Positions 49,671-59,295 of a stretch of DNA of 64,000 nucleotides are shown piece by piece. The notes below the pieces were generated by a model, which had not been told where the DNA came from, searched no databases, and worked only from the letters and a program-made list of their open reading frames with translations. Position numbers and translations under genes: made by a program. The stretch is taken from NCBI GenBank assembly GCA_048939015.1, contig JBHLPW010000007.1, forward strand, positions 1 through 64,000. Reading direction: 5' to 3'. The first letter of the stretch is position 1. The number at the start of each line of letters is the position of its first letter. Source of the stretch: Promethearchaeota archaeon (GTDB taxonomy: Archaea; Asgardarchaeota; Lokiarchaeia; Sigyniarchaeales; SOKP01).

Positions 49671-50900
49671 TTACCTATCTACCCCCAAAATTTTATCTTT
49701 TGATTCTCTTACTCCGAGATAAGAATAGAGTGGTCCCTTCATATCTGTTACAGATTCCATTTTCTTTTTTGCAACATCGAACTCATCCCTCGTAACATCT
49801 CGACCCCCTAAACCTACAATAAAACTTCTGAAGATTGTTCCAAGAGGATAGAGAGCTGAAGCAACTGTCATTGCAAATGGTGGTAAAAGACCATTTAAAG
49901 AATCTGATTTTTCAAATAGAATAAGTTTCTCGATATTATGTTCCTGTATTATTCTTTGTAATTCCTCATAAGGAAATGGCCTATAAGCGCGTATTTTAAT
50001 TAAACCCACATCTTTATTTTTTGTCATCCAACTGATTATATTTCCACACATTGATCCCATTGTAAGAAATGCAGTTTTTGAAGAATTATCAAGATTATAA
50101 GTTTCAATCAAATTGTATTGTCGACTAGTTGAGTTAGCAAATTCTTTAAAACAATTTTTCATTATTCCCAAGACAGGTTTTTTATCTTCTTCTAATCTTC
50201 TTCGACCTTCCATGAAATAATCTGGAGTCACAATTCCGCCCCAAGTTCCTGGATTTTTAGGATTAATATGATGTCTTGGCTTCTTTGGCGTTAACTTTCG
50301 AACTATCTCATCGGGAATGAGTGTTAAGTTCTGTACTGAGTGAGAAATTATGAATCCATCATGTACAAACATTGTTGGAAAGAGTGAGTCTTCTGAAATC
50401 ATAACTGATAATATTGCGGCATCATAAGTCTCTTGTACATTCTCAGAAACGATACAGTTCCACCCTAATTCAGAGTTAGTCTGTACATATTCCCAGCTAT
50501 TCCAGATTGATAAATTAGGAGAATTAAAAGCTCTGGCTGAAATCATCATTGTCAGTGGTACACGCCATCCTACTGCCATTGGTAATGCTTCAGTCATTAG
50601 TAAATAACCTTGTGACGCGGTAGCTGTAAATGTTCTAGCACCAGCAGCACATGCAGCTGTTGAGTAACTTATTGCTGCTAATTCAGATTCAACATTTATA
50701 AATGCTGCTTTTAACCGTCCATGATGAACTACATCAGACAATCCTTCAACTGATTGGGTCTGAGGAGTTATCGGGAATGCACATATAACATCTGGATCAG
50801 TCTGTGTTACGCCCCCTGCTACAGCATAATTTCCAATCATTGTTGTTTCGATTGGTTCTTTAATTTCCTTGAAAAAAATACGCATTGGTTCTACACTCAT
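49671..50900 (-). CDS. porA: Pyruvate/2-oxoacid:ferredoxin oxidoreductase alpha subunit
   Basis: GNYAVA, FPITPQT, ESE..A, RTFTATASQG, DGF..SH, YRPFP, GLGGRD. Confidence 0.92.
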   Translation of the reverse strand: MSVEPMRIFFKEIKEPIETTMIGNYAVAGGVTQTDPDVICAFPITPQTQSVEGLSDVVHHGRLKAAFINVESELAAISYSTAACAAGARTFTATASQGYLLMTEALPMAVGWRVPLTMMISARAFNSPNLSIWNSWEYVQTNSELGWNCIVSENVQETYDAAILSVMISEDSLFPTMFVHDGFIISHSVQNLTLIPDEIVRKLTPKKPRHHINPKNPGTWGGIVTPDYFMEGRRRLEEDKKPVLGIMKNCFKEFANSTSRQYNLIETYNLDNSSKTAFLTMGSMCGNIISWMTKNKDVGLIKIRAYRPFPYEELQRIIQEHNIEKLILFEKSDSLNGLLPPFAMTVASALYPLGTIFRSFIVGLGGRDVTRDEFDVAKKKMESVTDMKGPLYSYLGVRESKDKILGVDR

Positions 50901-50903
50901 TAA

Positions 50904-51902
50904 TTATTCACCTCCTTCCTCCTCAGGTACCGCACAAGATGCAGGTCCTTGTTTTAATTGTTTACTTATAGCTTCAACAGGACAAATATTTAAACAATTT
51001 AGACATGATTTACAATGAAAATTGTCTATTCCCTCCATATGCCATAATCCGTCCTCACCTTTCGCTCGAATTATTGCAAAATCTGGACAAATATACCAGC
51101 ATTGAGCGCAATCGGTACATTTTTCTCTATCCCATATAACTTCCCATTCGCCCCATGTTCCCGTTTGAACCTGAGAACTGCCATAAGGAATAACATCCTC
51201 GTCGCAATACCATACTCCTGCTTTGTCCATTTCTTTAAAGCCGGGCAGTCCAGGTTTAACTTGTTGCCAAGGCACTTTTGTATCTATTGAAAAATCAATA
51301 TCAATTCCAAGATCATATACACATGTTTCTTCTATGGCTTGTTTTATAGCCTCAATGTTTTTTCCTGCAATTGCTCCTTTAAATCTCCTCATAATAGCAT
51401 CAGATAACTCATCCAATGTAAAGATATGTGAAACTCTAATTAATGCACCCAATATTATTGTATTTGTTATATTCCTCCCCAATACTTCCATAGCTATTCG
51501 TGTCGCATCAATTGTAGCTACATTTATGTCCTTTCTTCCTACAATTTCTTGTAAAGATACTTGATCCATAACTGTATTCACAATCAGCCATCCTCCTTTA
51601 GGCATACCAGCGGTAACATTAATTTCTCCTAAAAGAGACGGATCTAATACAGAAACAAAGTGAGGTCCATAAACTTGTTCATTATTTCGTACTAAATCTT
51701 CATTTGATGAAAGTCTGACATAACTTTCAGTTGGAGAACCCATTCTTTCAGCACCAAAGAGAGGTTGACAAACACCATAACCATAAAAAGCTTCTACACA
51801 TAAATTCGAAGCGGTAACTCCACCTTGTCCCCCTCTTGCATGAAATCGAAGGTTAACTACATCATTTTTTAATACTTCTTTAATTTGTTCTGGAGTTAAC
51901 AT
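50904..51902 (-). CDS. porG: Fused 2-oxoacid:ferredoxin oxidoreductase gamma-delta subunit
   Basis: RFHARGGQGGVTA, FGAERMG, NTIILGA, then TGTW and 2x[4Fe-4S] motifs CTDCAQCWYICP and CKSCLNCLNICP. Confidence 0.9.
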   Translation of the reverse strand: MLTPEQIKEVLKNDVVNLRFHARGGQGGVTASNLCVEAFYGYGVCQPLFGAERMGSPTESYVRLSSNEDLVRNNEQVYGPHFVSVLDPSLLGEINVTAGMPKGGWLIVNTVMDQVSLQEIVGRKDINVATIDATRIAMEVLGRNITNTIILGALIRVSHIFTLDELSDAIMRRFKGAIAGKNIEAIKQAIEETCVYDLGIDIDFSIDTKVPWQQVKPGLPGFKEMDKAGVWYCDEDVIPYGSSQVQTGTWGEWEVIWDREKCTDCAQCWYICPDFAIIRAKGEDGLWHMEGIDNFHCKSCLNCLNICPVEAISKQLKQGPASCAVPEEEGGE

Positions 51903-52044
51903 TTTAAGTAATTTTTTCCTTTTTTCTAAATAATTAAATTCGATAAAATAAATCTTAGGACAAAATTTAAGTTATGTATAATCTTTCTTAAAACTTTCCT
52001 AGAATTGCTTTATAAAAAATAGCTGTAAAGAGAAAAAACTGGTT

Positions 52045-53292
52045 TTACTCATATTCCTTATCAAGCTTTTTTACGACATCAATACATAACAGGAGAATAT
52101 TCTTTAATCCTTCTTTTGAAACTAAATCCATTGTATCATTCTTAGTATGTACAAATTTTAAACCTGGCTGAGAACCAAGCCAACAAGCTTCAAAACCTTC
52201 ATTAACAATAGGCATATAATCAGACCAAGCGCCTGTGGGAGCATAGACATCTTTTAATTTTATTCTTAATTGTTCACTACTATCTACAAATAAGTTATTT
52301 AACTTCTTGGAAGAAACTTTTCGTGGAATTCCATATGAGGTTATTAATCTAATGAGTTCATTCCCTCCGATTAAATCGAGGTTAATAAAATAAGTTGAAT
52401 TTTTATCAAATTCCTTTTCAAATTTTTTTATAAAATGAATGGCTCCTCCTAAGTTTAATTCTTCAGAACTAGTAGATAAAAATAGTAAATCAATATTGTC
52501 GATTTGATTCAATTTATAATATCTTGCAAGTTCTACCAATACACCTACCGCAGCAGCATTATCATATGCTCCAGGAGAATTATTCCCAGTTTTGTTAAAA
52601 TAATTAACTGCTCCAATTATCGCAATAGTTATACTCGCATCCAATAAGATATTGTTTAAGATGGGAATGTAAATGTTAAAAATCAGCATTAGGAGACTAA
52701 AAATTAAATAGGTTATCATTAATATTAGAGAACCAAAAACAGAGATAAGAAAAATGATTATTCGGGTTAAGGATGAAAATGATTGAGATTTAGAATCCCA
52801 GTGTCCCATAAATACAACTGTAGCACATGAATTAGAACTTTTTAAGCGTGTAAAAATGTTTTCTGTCTCATAGTTGTTTGCTTCATTTTTAAATAATTTA
52901 ATTTTGGATGAGACAGATATACCGAGTGCTTTATATGATATATAAATTGCTAAAATGGATAAAACAAGAGTTAAATAAAGATTAATATATGTTGACAAAG
53001 CCAACAAAACCAAAACTGAACCCGTAAATACAAAAATAAGTCTTACTATAATCCATTTATAAAAGGAAGTCTTAAATTTATCTCGAGAGATAGCATTATA
53101 CCCTGCTTTCTTAAATTCATCAACTACAATCTCGCTAGCTTTTCTTTCTCCCTCTGTTCCTATTAATCTAGGGAAAGCAAGTCTTTCTGTGATACGATAT
53201 GCATTTTCGATATTAGGGTTCTCATCAGAAATGATATTATCTAATTTTTTTGATCCTAATTCTTTTGCGTTCATTTTTGACTCAATAACCAT
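52045..53292 (-). CDS. M28 family metallopeptidase with transmembrane insertions
   Basis: GHWDS, GAYDNAAAV, EE..L.G, INLD, SDY, HT..D, with two hydrophobic TM hairpins inserted. Confidence 0.85.
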   Translation of the reverse strand: MVIESKMNAKELGSKKLDNIISDENPNIENAYRITERLAFPRLIGTEGERKASEIVVDEFKKAGYNAISRDKFKTSFYKWIIVRLIFVFTGSVLVLLALSTYINLYLTLVLSILAIYISYKALGISVSSKIKLFKNEANNYETENIFTRLKSSNSCATVVFMGHWDSKSQSFSSLTRIIIFLISVFGSLILMITYLIFSLLMLIFNIYIPILNNILLDASITIAIIGAVNYFNKTGNNSPGAYDNAAAVGVLVELARYYKLNQIDNIDLLFLSTSSEELNLGGAIHFIKKFEKEFDKNSTYFINLDLIGGNELIRLITSYGIPRKVSSKKLNNLFVDSSEQLRIKLKDVYAPTGAWSDYMPIVNEGFEACWLGSQPGLKFVHTKNDTMDLVSKEGLKNILLLCIDVVKKLDKEYE

Positions 53293-53294
53293 AT

Positions 53295-54224
53295 CTATTT
53301 GTTTACGATAAAATATTTAAACCACTCGATTGGAAGGGTGCCTTTCACTTGTTTTAAAAAATCTCTGCTACTTAGCACACCTAAATCTGATATAAAACCA
53401 GAAATATATTCTGCAGGGGTGATATCAAAGTAGTAATTATGAACCTCTAAAAATCTATTTGTTAACTCCTTATTATACACTTCTTTTATCGGTTTTTCTG
53501 TGATTAAAATACTCTGGCCAAAATGGCTCTTAAGATTATACTTATATGAATTACACACCACATATACATCTACTTTTTTACTTTTAGCTAATACTGCTAA
53601 AGGAAATGTACCGATTTTGTTGACGATGGAACCATCTACTAAAATACTGTCAACGCCTACTAAAACCAAGTCAATTTCATCTATAAATGTGCCAATGGCA
53701 GCATCAATGATTAAATGAGTTTTAAAATATGGAGATAAAATTTCTGCGACTTTCTGTCCTTCAAGAAGTGGTCTAGATTCTAACACATAAATTTCAAAAT
53801 TGAAATCTGTGTTTTCCAATAAGAGATTGATAATTGTTGAGCTATAGGATATCAACATGATTTTCAGTGGAACTTTTTTATTTATTTCCAAAAAATTATG
53901 AAAAATCGACTTTAATGACTTTCTTCTTTTCTCTCTATCAATATCAAACTGATTCAATCTTTCTTCAATTCTATTTTTATTAAAAATCTCTAAGTCGTGT
54001 ATCAGATATCCTATTGTATTAATTAAAGGAGCCATACTTGGACGAGCATTAAATATTTGTTTCGATAAAATCATTATTTCTTCTTTAACATCTTTATATG
54101 GATCTTTTATTAAACTAAGTTGAAATGTAATTATTTTAAGAGCATTATCAATAAATTCATTAGCTCCAGAGGTATTGTCCTCTCTTAATTCCCCAAGCAA
54201 ATTTTGAAAATTTTGGATATTCAA
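53295..54224 (-). CDS. eIF-2B alpha/beta/delta family protein (aIF-2B-like)
   Basis: D..SGA, RPSMA, ESRP..EG, LVGVDS, NKIGT, FDITP. Confidence 0.88.
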   Translation of the reverse strand: MNIQNFQNLLGELREDNTSGANEFIDNALKIITFQLSLIKDPYKDVKEEIMILSKQIFNARPSMAPLINTIGYLIHDLEIFNKNRIEERLNQFDIDREKRRKSLKSIFHNFLEINKKVPLKIMLISYSSTIINLLLENTDFNFEIYVLESRPLLEGQKVAEILSPYFKTHLIIDAAIGTFIDEIDLVLVGVDSILVDGSIVNKIGTFPLAVLAKSKKVDVYVVCNSYKYNLKSHFGQSILITEKPIKEVYNKELTNRFLEVHNYYFDITPAEYISGFISDLGVLSSRDFLKQVKGTLPIEWFKYFIVNK

Positions 54225-54475
54225 TCTGATTTAATTAAATTATTTTTTGAATTATTGCCTATTTATATGGGATTAATCAACCATTATTTAAAAATTGTAT
54301 CTTTATAATCATAAAATATCAATTTCCTTAACGATCGAGAATAAAACAAGAATTTGAATCAGTTATAATTTACCCACATAAAATTTCTGAAGGAAGATTA
54401 ATACATGAACAATTTTAGAAAAATTTAAAAAAAAAAATTAAATTTTGTTTAAATATCTATTTTTCCTATTTACTT

Positions 54476-56722
54476 CTAGTGGTGATGCCAAAAATGATGC
54501 CAATTTCTAGGATGTGCATTGAAATAATACCAAGCTCCAAATGCATGTTCATATCCCGGTTGGTTAGCAGCCACCATTACAATTGTAGTTTCCCATCGTT
54601 TACCCTTTAAAGTCATAAAGTAATTAGTACCTTCTTGAGTTTCATCACTGAGCCACATAGGAGTTATATAATCCCATGTCCAAAATGGAGTGCCATCCTT
54701 CTTATAATAGGTTGTAGAAGTAATGAATGATACCTTGAAATCATTCCATATGAATCCATCACTCACTTCCCAACCAGCATTTACAACCCAACCATCTGAA
54801 CCGCTCTCAACATCATCAAAGAAACCAATTTCAGTGATTTCAATATCATCAATGTACCAACCTATTTCATTATAGGCTCCATCAGTCCAATATGTAAAGT
54901 ACAACTCGATAGTACGTCCTTCGAATGCTGTTAAATCCATTATCTCTTGATACCAGCCAGGACTAAAACCTGTAAAAGCGTTCCAATTATTTGAAGCATT
55001 GTAGGCATATGGTTCTACATCATCAGGACAATTGATATTATCTTGATCATATAGAAGTATGTCTGTTGTTAATAATCCTGGAAGTGTATACCATGTATCA
55101 GATAAAACATCGTGAATCTCTACATAACCATAGTCCCAATCGGTTTCAATTTCGTAGTAAGTCTGGAACGTTAAAGTAGCTCCCCCTTCAGGAATGGTAA
55201 ATGTCTGACCAAACCTAAACCATGACCATGTTGATCCATCAGAATACCACTCATATGTTCCACTATATGGATATACAGCACCAGCAAAATCATCGCCATC
55301 AAAGCCTATATCAAAGAAGCGTGGTGTATTTGTAAATTCTACATAACTTGCAGTGTAAGGTAATCCACGACCGACTAATATATATTCACCTTCATATGGA
55401 TATTTATCTACAAACCATTCAAAATAACCGGTATCTGGATACCAACTATCCCACAGTTCCATTACATAAGGTATACTTAACCCTTCTGAGTTTTCGGAAG
55501 GAATATCTAATTCAAAATAACCATATCTTCCACAATCTAGTGATGGATCATCAAGATAGTTAGCAATACACCAGTCTTGAAAGATTTGGTCAAATGATCT
55601 TTTGATACCCATGGCATTAAGTGCATTTACCCAACCTTCAATTCCATTCGCCTGATCTTCAACTAGATAAGTTAATAATTCTGCTCCACCATAATGTTCA
55701 TACATATAGAATGTCCATAGGAATGATGCTCCATAATCAGCTAAATAGCCTTCCCAGAGAGTTAATGGAGTATCCCAGAACCATAGTAAATACTCAGAGA
55801 TATGTCCTGGTGAGAATCCATATCCACAAAGCCATTCAGCTAAAGTTGCGCAACCTTCATCAACCCAAGAAAGTTCATCAAAATCTCTGTCATAATGAAT
55901 AAGGTGTTGAAATTCATGGGCAAAAGTTCCTTCATATTCCCAAGCTTTTATACTGAGATAATTGTAATCAAAACCATTATAAGGATCCACCATTGGAGGA
56001 GTTTCACCTTGTCTTCTCCACCACTGGTAAGTATCCATGTGGAAGGCATTCACACCTGCATCAGCAATTCGAGACCAGAAATATCCTTCAATAAATCCGG
56101 TAGGACTGTCACCAAAGTAAAAAAATTCATCTTTAACGTTGAATACCATTATCTGAACTGTACCATCGCCATATGGACCTGGTCGTTCCGCAGGATCATT
56201 ATTATACATACCAAAGTATTCCACATCAGTATCATGAATGTTAGAGTCGAACTCATTTAGGACTTCTAATAGATCCGCTCCAGTAATGTAATCTACATAA
56301 CCTTCTGGTAAATAATAACCACCTGGATAACCTTCATCTGGTAAACCAGTATCAGTCCATGGATAACTAAAAAACCATACATCATCAGGACTATAACCAG
56401 GATCTCCATTATCAACATACCAATCATATAATGGATCTAATGCGACCCATATATTCCCATTGGTACCATTAAAGATATTTTCAAAATAGAGCCATTCTAA
56501 ACCTCCAGTATAATCGTTAATGGTAGGATAATGCCATGGACTATTTGGAGGTTCAATTTCATCTTCTAGTGTTAGAATATTAGTATATTTGCTATCATAG
56601 ATAGGTTCTATATCAAAAGGAGTTGTAGGTTCAACACTTCCAGTCGCAAAATTTATAACTGAAAAAGTGGTAATACTTAAAAAGGCGAAGACTACTAGTA
56701 TGGTGATAAGTTTTTTTCTCAT
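54476..56722 (-). CDS. Secreted zinc metalloprotease (M30 / immune-inhibitor-A-like) with His/Trp-rich C-terminus
   Basis: Signal peptide; AHEFQHLIH...WVDEG; InhA-like C-terminal domain (YEIETDWDYGYVE, FTYWTDG, GWYIDDI); ends NWHHFWHHH. Confidence 0.85.
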   Translation of the reverse strand: MRKKLITILVVFAFLSITTFSVINFATGSVEPTTPFDIEPIYDSKYTNILTLEDEIEPPNSPWHYPTINDYTGGLEWLYFENIFNGTNGNIWVALDPLYDWYVDNGDPGYSPDDVWFFSYPWTDTGLPDEGYPGGYYLPEGYVDYITGADLLEVLNEFDSNIHDTDVEYFGMYNNDPAERPGPYGDGTVQIMVFNVKDEFFYFGDSPTGFIEGYFWSRIADAGVNAFHMDTYQWWRRQGETPPMVDPYNGFDYNYLSIKAWEYEGTFAHEFQHLIHYDRDFDELSWVDEGCATLAEWLCGYGFSPGHISEYLLWFWDTPLTLWEGYLADYGASFLWTFYMYEHYGGAELLTYLVEDQANGIEGWVNALNAMGIKRSFDQIFQDWCIANYLDDPSLDCGRYGYFELDIPSENSEGLSIPYVMELWDSWYPDTGYFEWFVDKYPYEGEYILVGRGLPYTASYVEFTNTPRFFDIGFDGDDFAGAVYPYSGTYEWYSDGSTWSWFRFGQTFTIPEGGATLTFQTYYEIETDWDYGYVEIHDVLSDTWYTLPGLLTTDILLYDQDNINCPDDVEPYAYNASNNWNAFTGFSPGWYQEIMDLTAFEGRTIELYFTYWTDGAYNEIGWYIDDIEITEIGFFDDVESGSDGWVVNAGWEVSDGFIWNDFKVSFITSTTYYKKDGTPFWTWDYITPMWLSDETQEGTNYFMTLKGKRWETTIVMVAANQPGYEHAFGAWYYFNAHPRNWHHFWHHH

Positions 56723-56770
56723 TAATTTATCATCTCATTTTTTTTTTTTATTAAATTTTCAAATCTTTTC

Positions 56771-56897
56771 TTTTCCAATTTTGCTGTTCAAATATCTAAA
56801 ATCTTATAGTTTTGAAGATATTACGAACATCGCCAAAAAGTCATAAAATTTCTGTATATGGTTTACACCCTACAAAATTCTAGACATTTTCAGTGAG
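56771..56897 (-). ncRNA. Candidate structured 5' leader, copy 1 (two hairpins; GUAA tetraloop)
   Basis: Homologous to 58976-59106 with pairing retained despite substitutions; lies downstream of a TATA box at 56916-56924. Confidence 0.55.
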
Positions 56898-56949
56898 ATT
56901 TATTATATCGTGTTCTATATAAAGTTTTTTTTTTCATTTTACAAAATTG
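56771..56949 (-). repeat. Duplicated promoter + leader block, copy 1
   Basis: Shares GAACAT(C/G)GCCAAAAAGTCATAAAATTTCT, TTTACAC, GACATTT, TATATAAA and CAAAATTG with copy 2 at an offset of about 2210 bp. Confidence 0.85.
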
Positions 56950-57444
56950 AAAAGTAGATTCGAGATTTTCTATACTACTTTTTTTACATAAATGTAAAGT
57001 TTCAAAAGATAAAATAGACAAACTTGTCACTTATATTAGACAAGTTGACATTTATGTATTGAAAATTCTTAAATTAGTTTTTGACAAAAATGAAAAATGC
57101 GAATGGGAGCGTATACCCATTTCTTTGAACATATTACTAAATAATTGGTTTCAAAATGATGCAAAAAATTAATGACAAATATGTTCCTATAGATTAAATT
57201 CATTTGATCTTTCTCTCTATTGCCCTTTTTTACTCCTTAAAAATGAGTCCAATTATAAGGGTTATATATGTCTTTTTCAAACACAATACAATAAATCAAG
57301 ATCAAAACTCTTTGTTTTAGTAATTAATAATGTCAAAAATTTAGGACTCTTATCATTATAGAGTAAATAATTTTAAAATACTAACAGTAGTCCTATCTTT
57401 ATTCAAAATAAAAAAAAAAAAGATTAATTAAATTTATACATATT

Positions 57445-58935
57445 TTAACATCTGCAGTGTGGTCCATGGTGATGGTGATGCCAATGCCAATAATGCCAAT
57501 AAAGGTAGGCAAACATCATGGCTCTGTCTGCTCGTAGGAAACCCGCTCCAAAATCATCGTCCTCCCATACAAATTCCCATGGATAATATGAAAATCCCCA
57601 ATAATAACTTGATAAATAGTCATAAATTGGATCATAAACATACGCGAGATTGTAATCTTCTTCACCAGGATAGCTGTCGAAATCCATGGGAAGGGTTGAA
57701 GCAGCAGCTTTCAAGATTGTTTCCATTTGCCATTGATTTAAATATGGAAATCTTTGTAATATTAAGGCAGCTATACCAGATACATGAGGACATGCTTGAC
57801 TTGTACCCCATACATAGTAATATCCAAAATAATCCTCAAAATCGGCAAATTCTGGTTTGTAAGGTCCCACAATACACGCTCCAGGGGTACAGACATCAAG
57901 TTCTTGTTCACCCAATGGATGATCAAAAATTGGTCGGGAACTAAAATCCTCAAGATAAACTTGCCACTCATTACCCCAAACATCAGTATTATGTAAATTT
58001 TCAGGAACATCATTTAACCAAAATTCTCTATTAGACCAACCGATAGCTTCTCCTGTACTACTTGAATAATCGTGATCTACAACAGGAACCCATTGTTCTG
58101 TCCAACCAGCAGCACCTACGGATATTACTTCAGGATATGCTCCTGGCCAACCCATCCCATCTTCACCTGAATTACCTGCTGATGCTATAACAATTACTCC
58201 TTCGCTTATAGCATAATCTATTGCATCTTTTATTATTGGTGCTGGTTCCGGCCCTCCTAAACTCATACTTATAATAACAGGACCATGTAAGTAATGTGCT
58301 ATATCCGCAATATAATTAATACCCGCAGCAACCATTGGATCAGTACCACCTGAAAGAAATTGATAATCTTCAGGAGCATCTGGCACATACCAATTATCAA
58401 GTACCAATACAGGAATTATTTTAACGTTTGGCGCTACTCCTCTAACCCAGAATTTCCCTGCTGAACCATCATAAAGATATCCAGTAATAGTACTTGTTAC
58501 ATGAGTTCCATGACCATCTCCTTTCCAATCATCAACTTCAAAACCTCTTTCTATAAGAGGTCCAAAAGTGTAATCTTCTGCTATTGGATCCCATCCAACT
58601 TCATGTGTAAAACCTTTTCCAAGTTTCCATTTAATATTTCCCTGAGGTAAAATATCTCGCCAATTACTCAATAACCCTGTATCTAATACAGCAATATAAA
58701 CACCAGTTCCTTTTGACCATACTTTATCAGCATCTACCATGTCAACTGAAAAAGGAACCTTCCCTCTACCGCTACCAAAATTTGTTCCAACTCCACAATA
58801 AGGAGATTGCATTTCTGCTTTTAAAAAACCAGTATTATTTCCTATTGATGTCTTTGATGCAAATACAACAGGAATGAAAGCAGGTATCATTGAAAATAGG
58901 AGTATTCCAATGAGGATATAAGTTCTTTTTTTCAC
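57445..58935 (-). CDS. Secreted S8 subtilisin-like serine protease with His/Trp-rich C-terminus
   Basis: Signal peptide; VLDTG, HGTHV, ASAGNSG, GTSQACPHV; ends YWHYWHWHHHHHGPHCRC. Confidence 0.92.
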   Translation of the reverse strand: MKKRTYILIGILLFSMIPAFIPVVFASKTSIGNNTGFLKAEMQSPYCGVGTNFGSGRGKVPFSVDMVDADKVWSKGTGVYIAVLDTGLLSNWRDILPQGNIKWKLGKGFTHEVGWDPIAEDYTFGPLIERGFEVDDWKGDGHGTHVTSTITGYLYDGSAGKFWVRGVAPNVKIIPVLVLDNWYVPDAPEDYQFLSGGTDPMVAAGINYIADIAHYLHGPVIISMSLGGPEPAPIIKDAIDYAISEGVIVIASAGNSGEDGMGWPGAYPEVISVGAAGWTEQWVPVVDHDYSSSTGEAIGWSNREFWLNDVPENLHNTDVWGNEWQVYLEDFSSRPIFDHPLGEQELDVCTPGACIVGPYKPEFADFEDYFGYYYVWGTSQACPHVSGIAALILQRFPYLNQWQMETILKAAASTLPMDFDSYPGEEDYNLAYVYDPIYDYLSSYYWGFSYYPWEFVWEDDDFGAGFLRADRAMMFAYLYWHYWHWHHHHHGPHCRC

Positions 58936-58975
58936 TTTTTATCAACTCTCTTTTTTGTAAATTTTTTACATTTTC

Positions 58976-59106
58976 TTTCCAATAATAGCAGTTCTTTCTA
59001 ATCCCAAAAATCTAATATTTTTTGAAGATTTTAAGAACATGGCCAAAAAGTCATAAAATTTCTTCAAGTGATTTACACACTATGAAATTATTGACATTTC
59101 TGTGAG
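58976..59106 (-). ncRNA. Candidate structured 5' leader, copy 2
   Basis: Same two-hairpin architecture as copy 1; TATA box at 59126-59134. Confidence 0.55.
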
Positions 59107-59158
59107 TACATATTATACCCTTTTGTATATAAATCTTTTTTTCATTTTTACAAAATTG
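58976..59158 (-). repeat. Duplicated promoter + leader block, copy 2
   Basis: See copy 1 at 56771-56949. Confidence 0.85.
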
Positions 59159-59295
59159 GTGAGAAGCTATAAGATCTAATCAACACTCTTTCCATTATAC
59201 TAATGAAAAACGGAGTTTTAGGTAAATCACAATTTACTTTCAAGTAAAAATGATTAATCTCAAAAATTTTATTAATAGCAATATTTTAATTATCA

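Noticed and set aside
53295-54224. Ribose-1,5-bisphosphate isomerase
   Set aside because: The catalytic HC motif is absent (ISYSS), so it is called only eIF-2B-family.
57445-57500. Poly-His tail as a cloning-tag artefact
   Set aside because: Interspersed with Trp/Tyr, mixed codons, no vector sequence, and a similar tail occurs on the neighbouring gene.
57459-57944. 161-aa plus-strand ORF with NA/GD repeats
   Set aside because: Antisense shadow of the subtilase; the repeats mirror its His/Trp codons.
56771-59106. Leader as a c-di-GMP-I (GEMM) riboswitch, given two hairpins and a GNRA loop
   Set aside because: Lacks the conserved GGCAAAC / GACGCAAAGC core nucleotides; kept as an unassigned motif.
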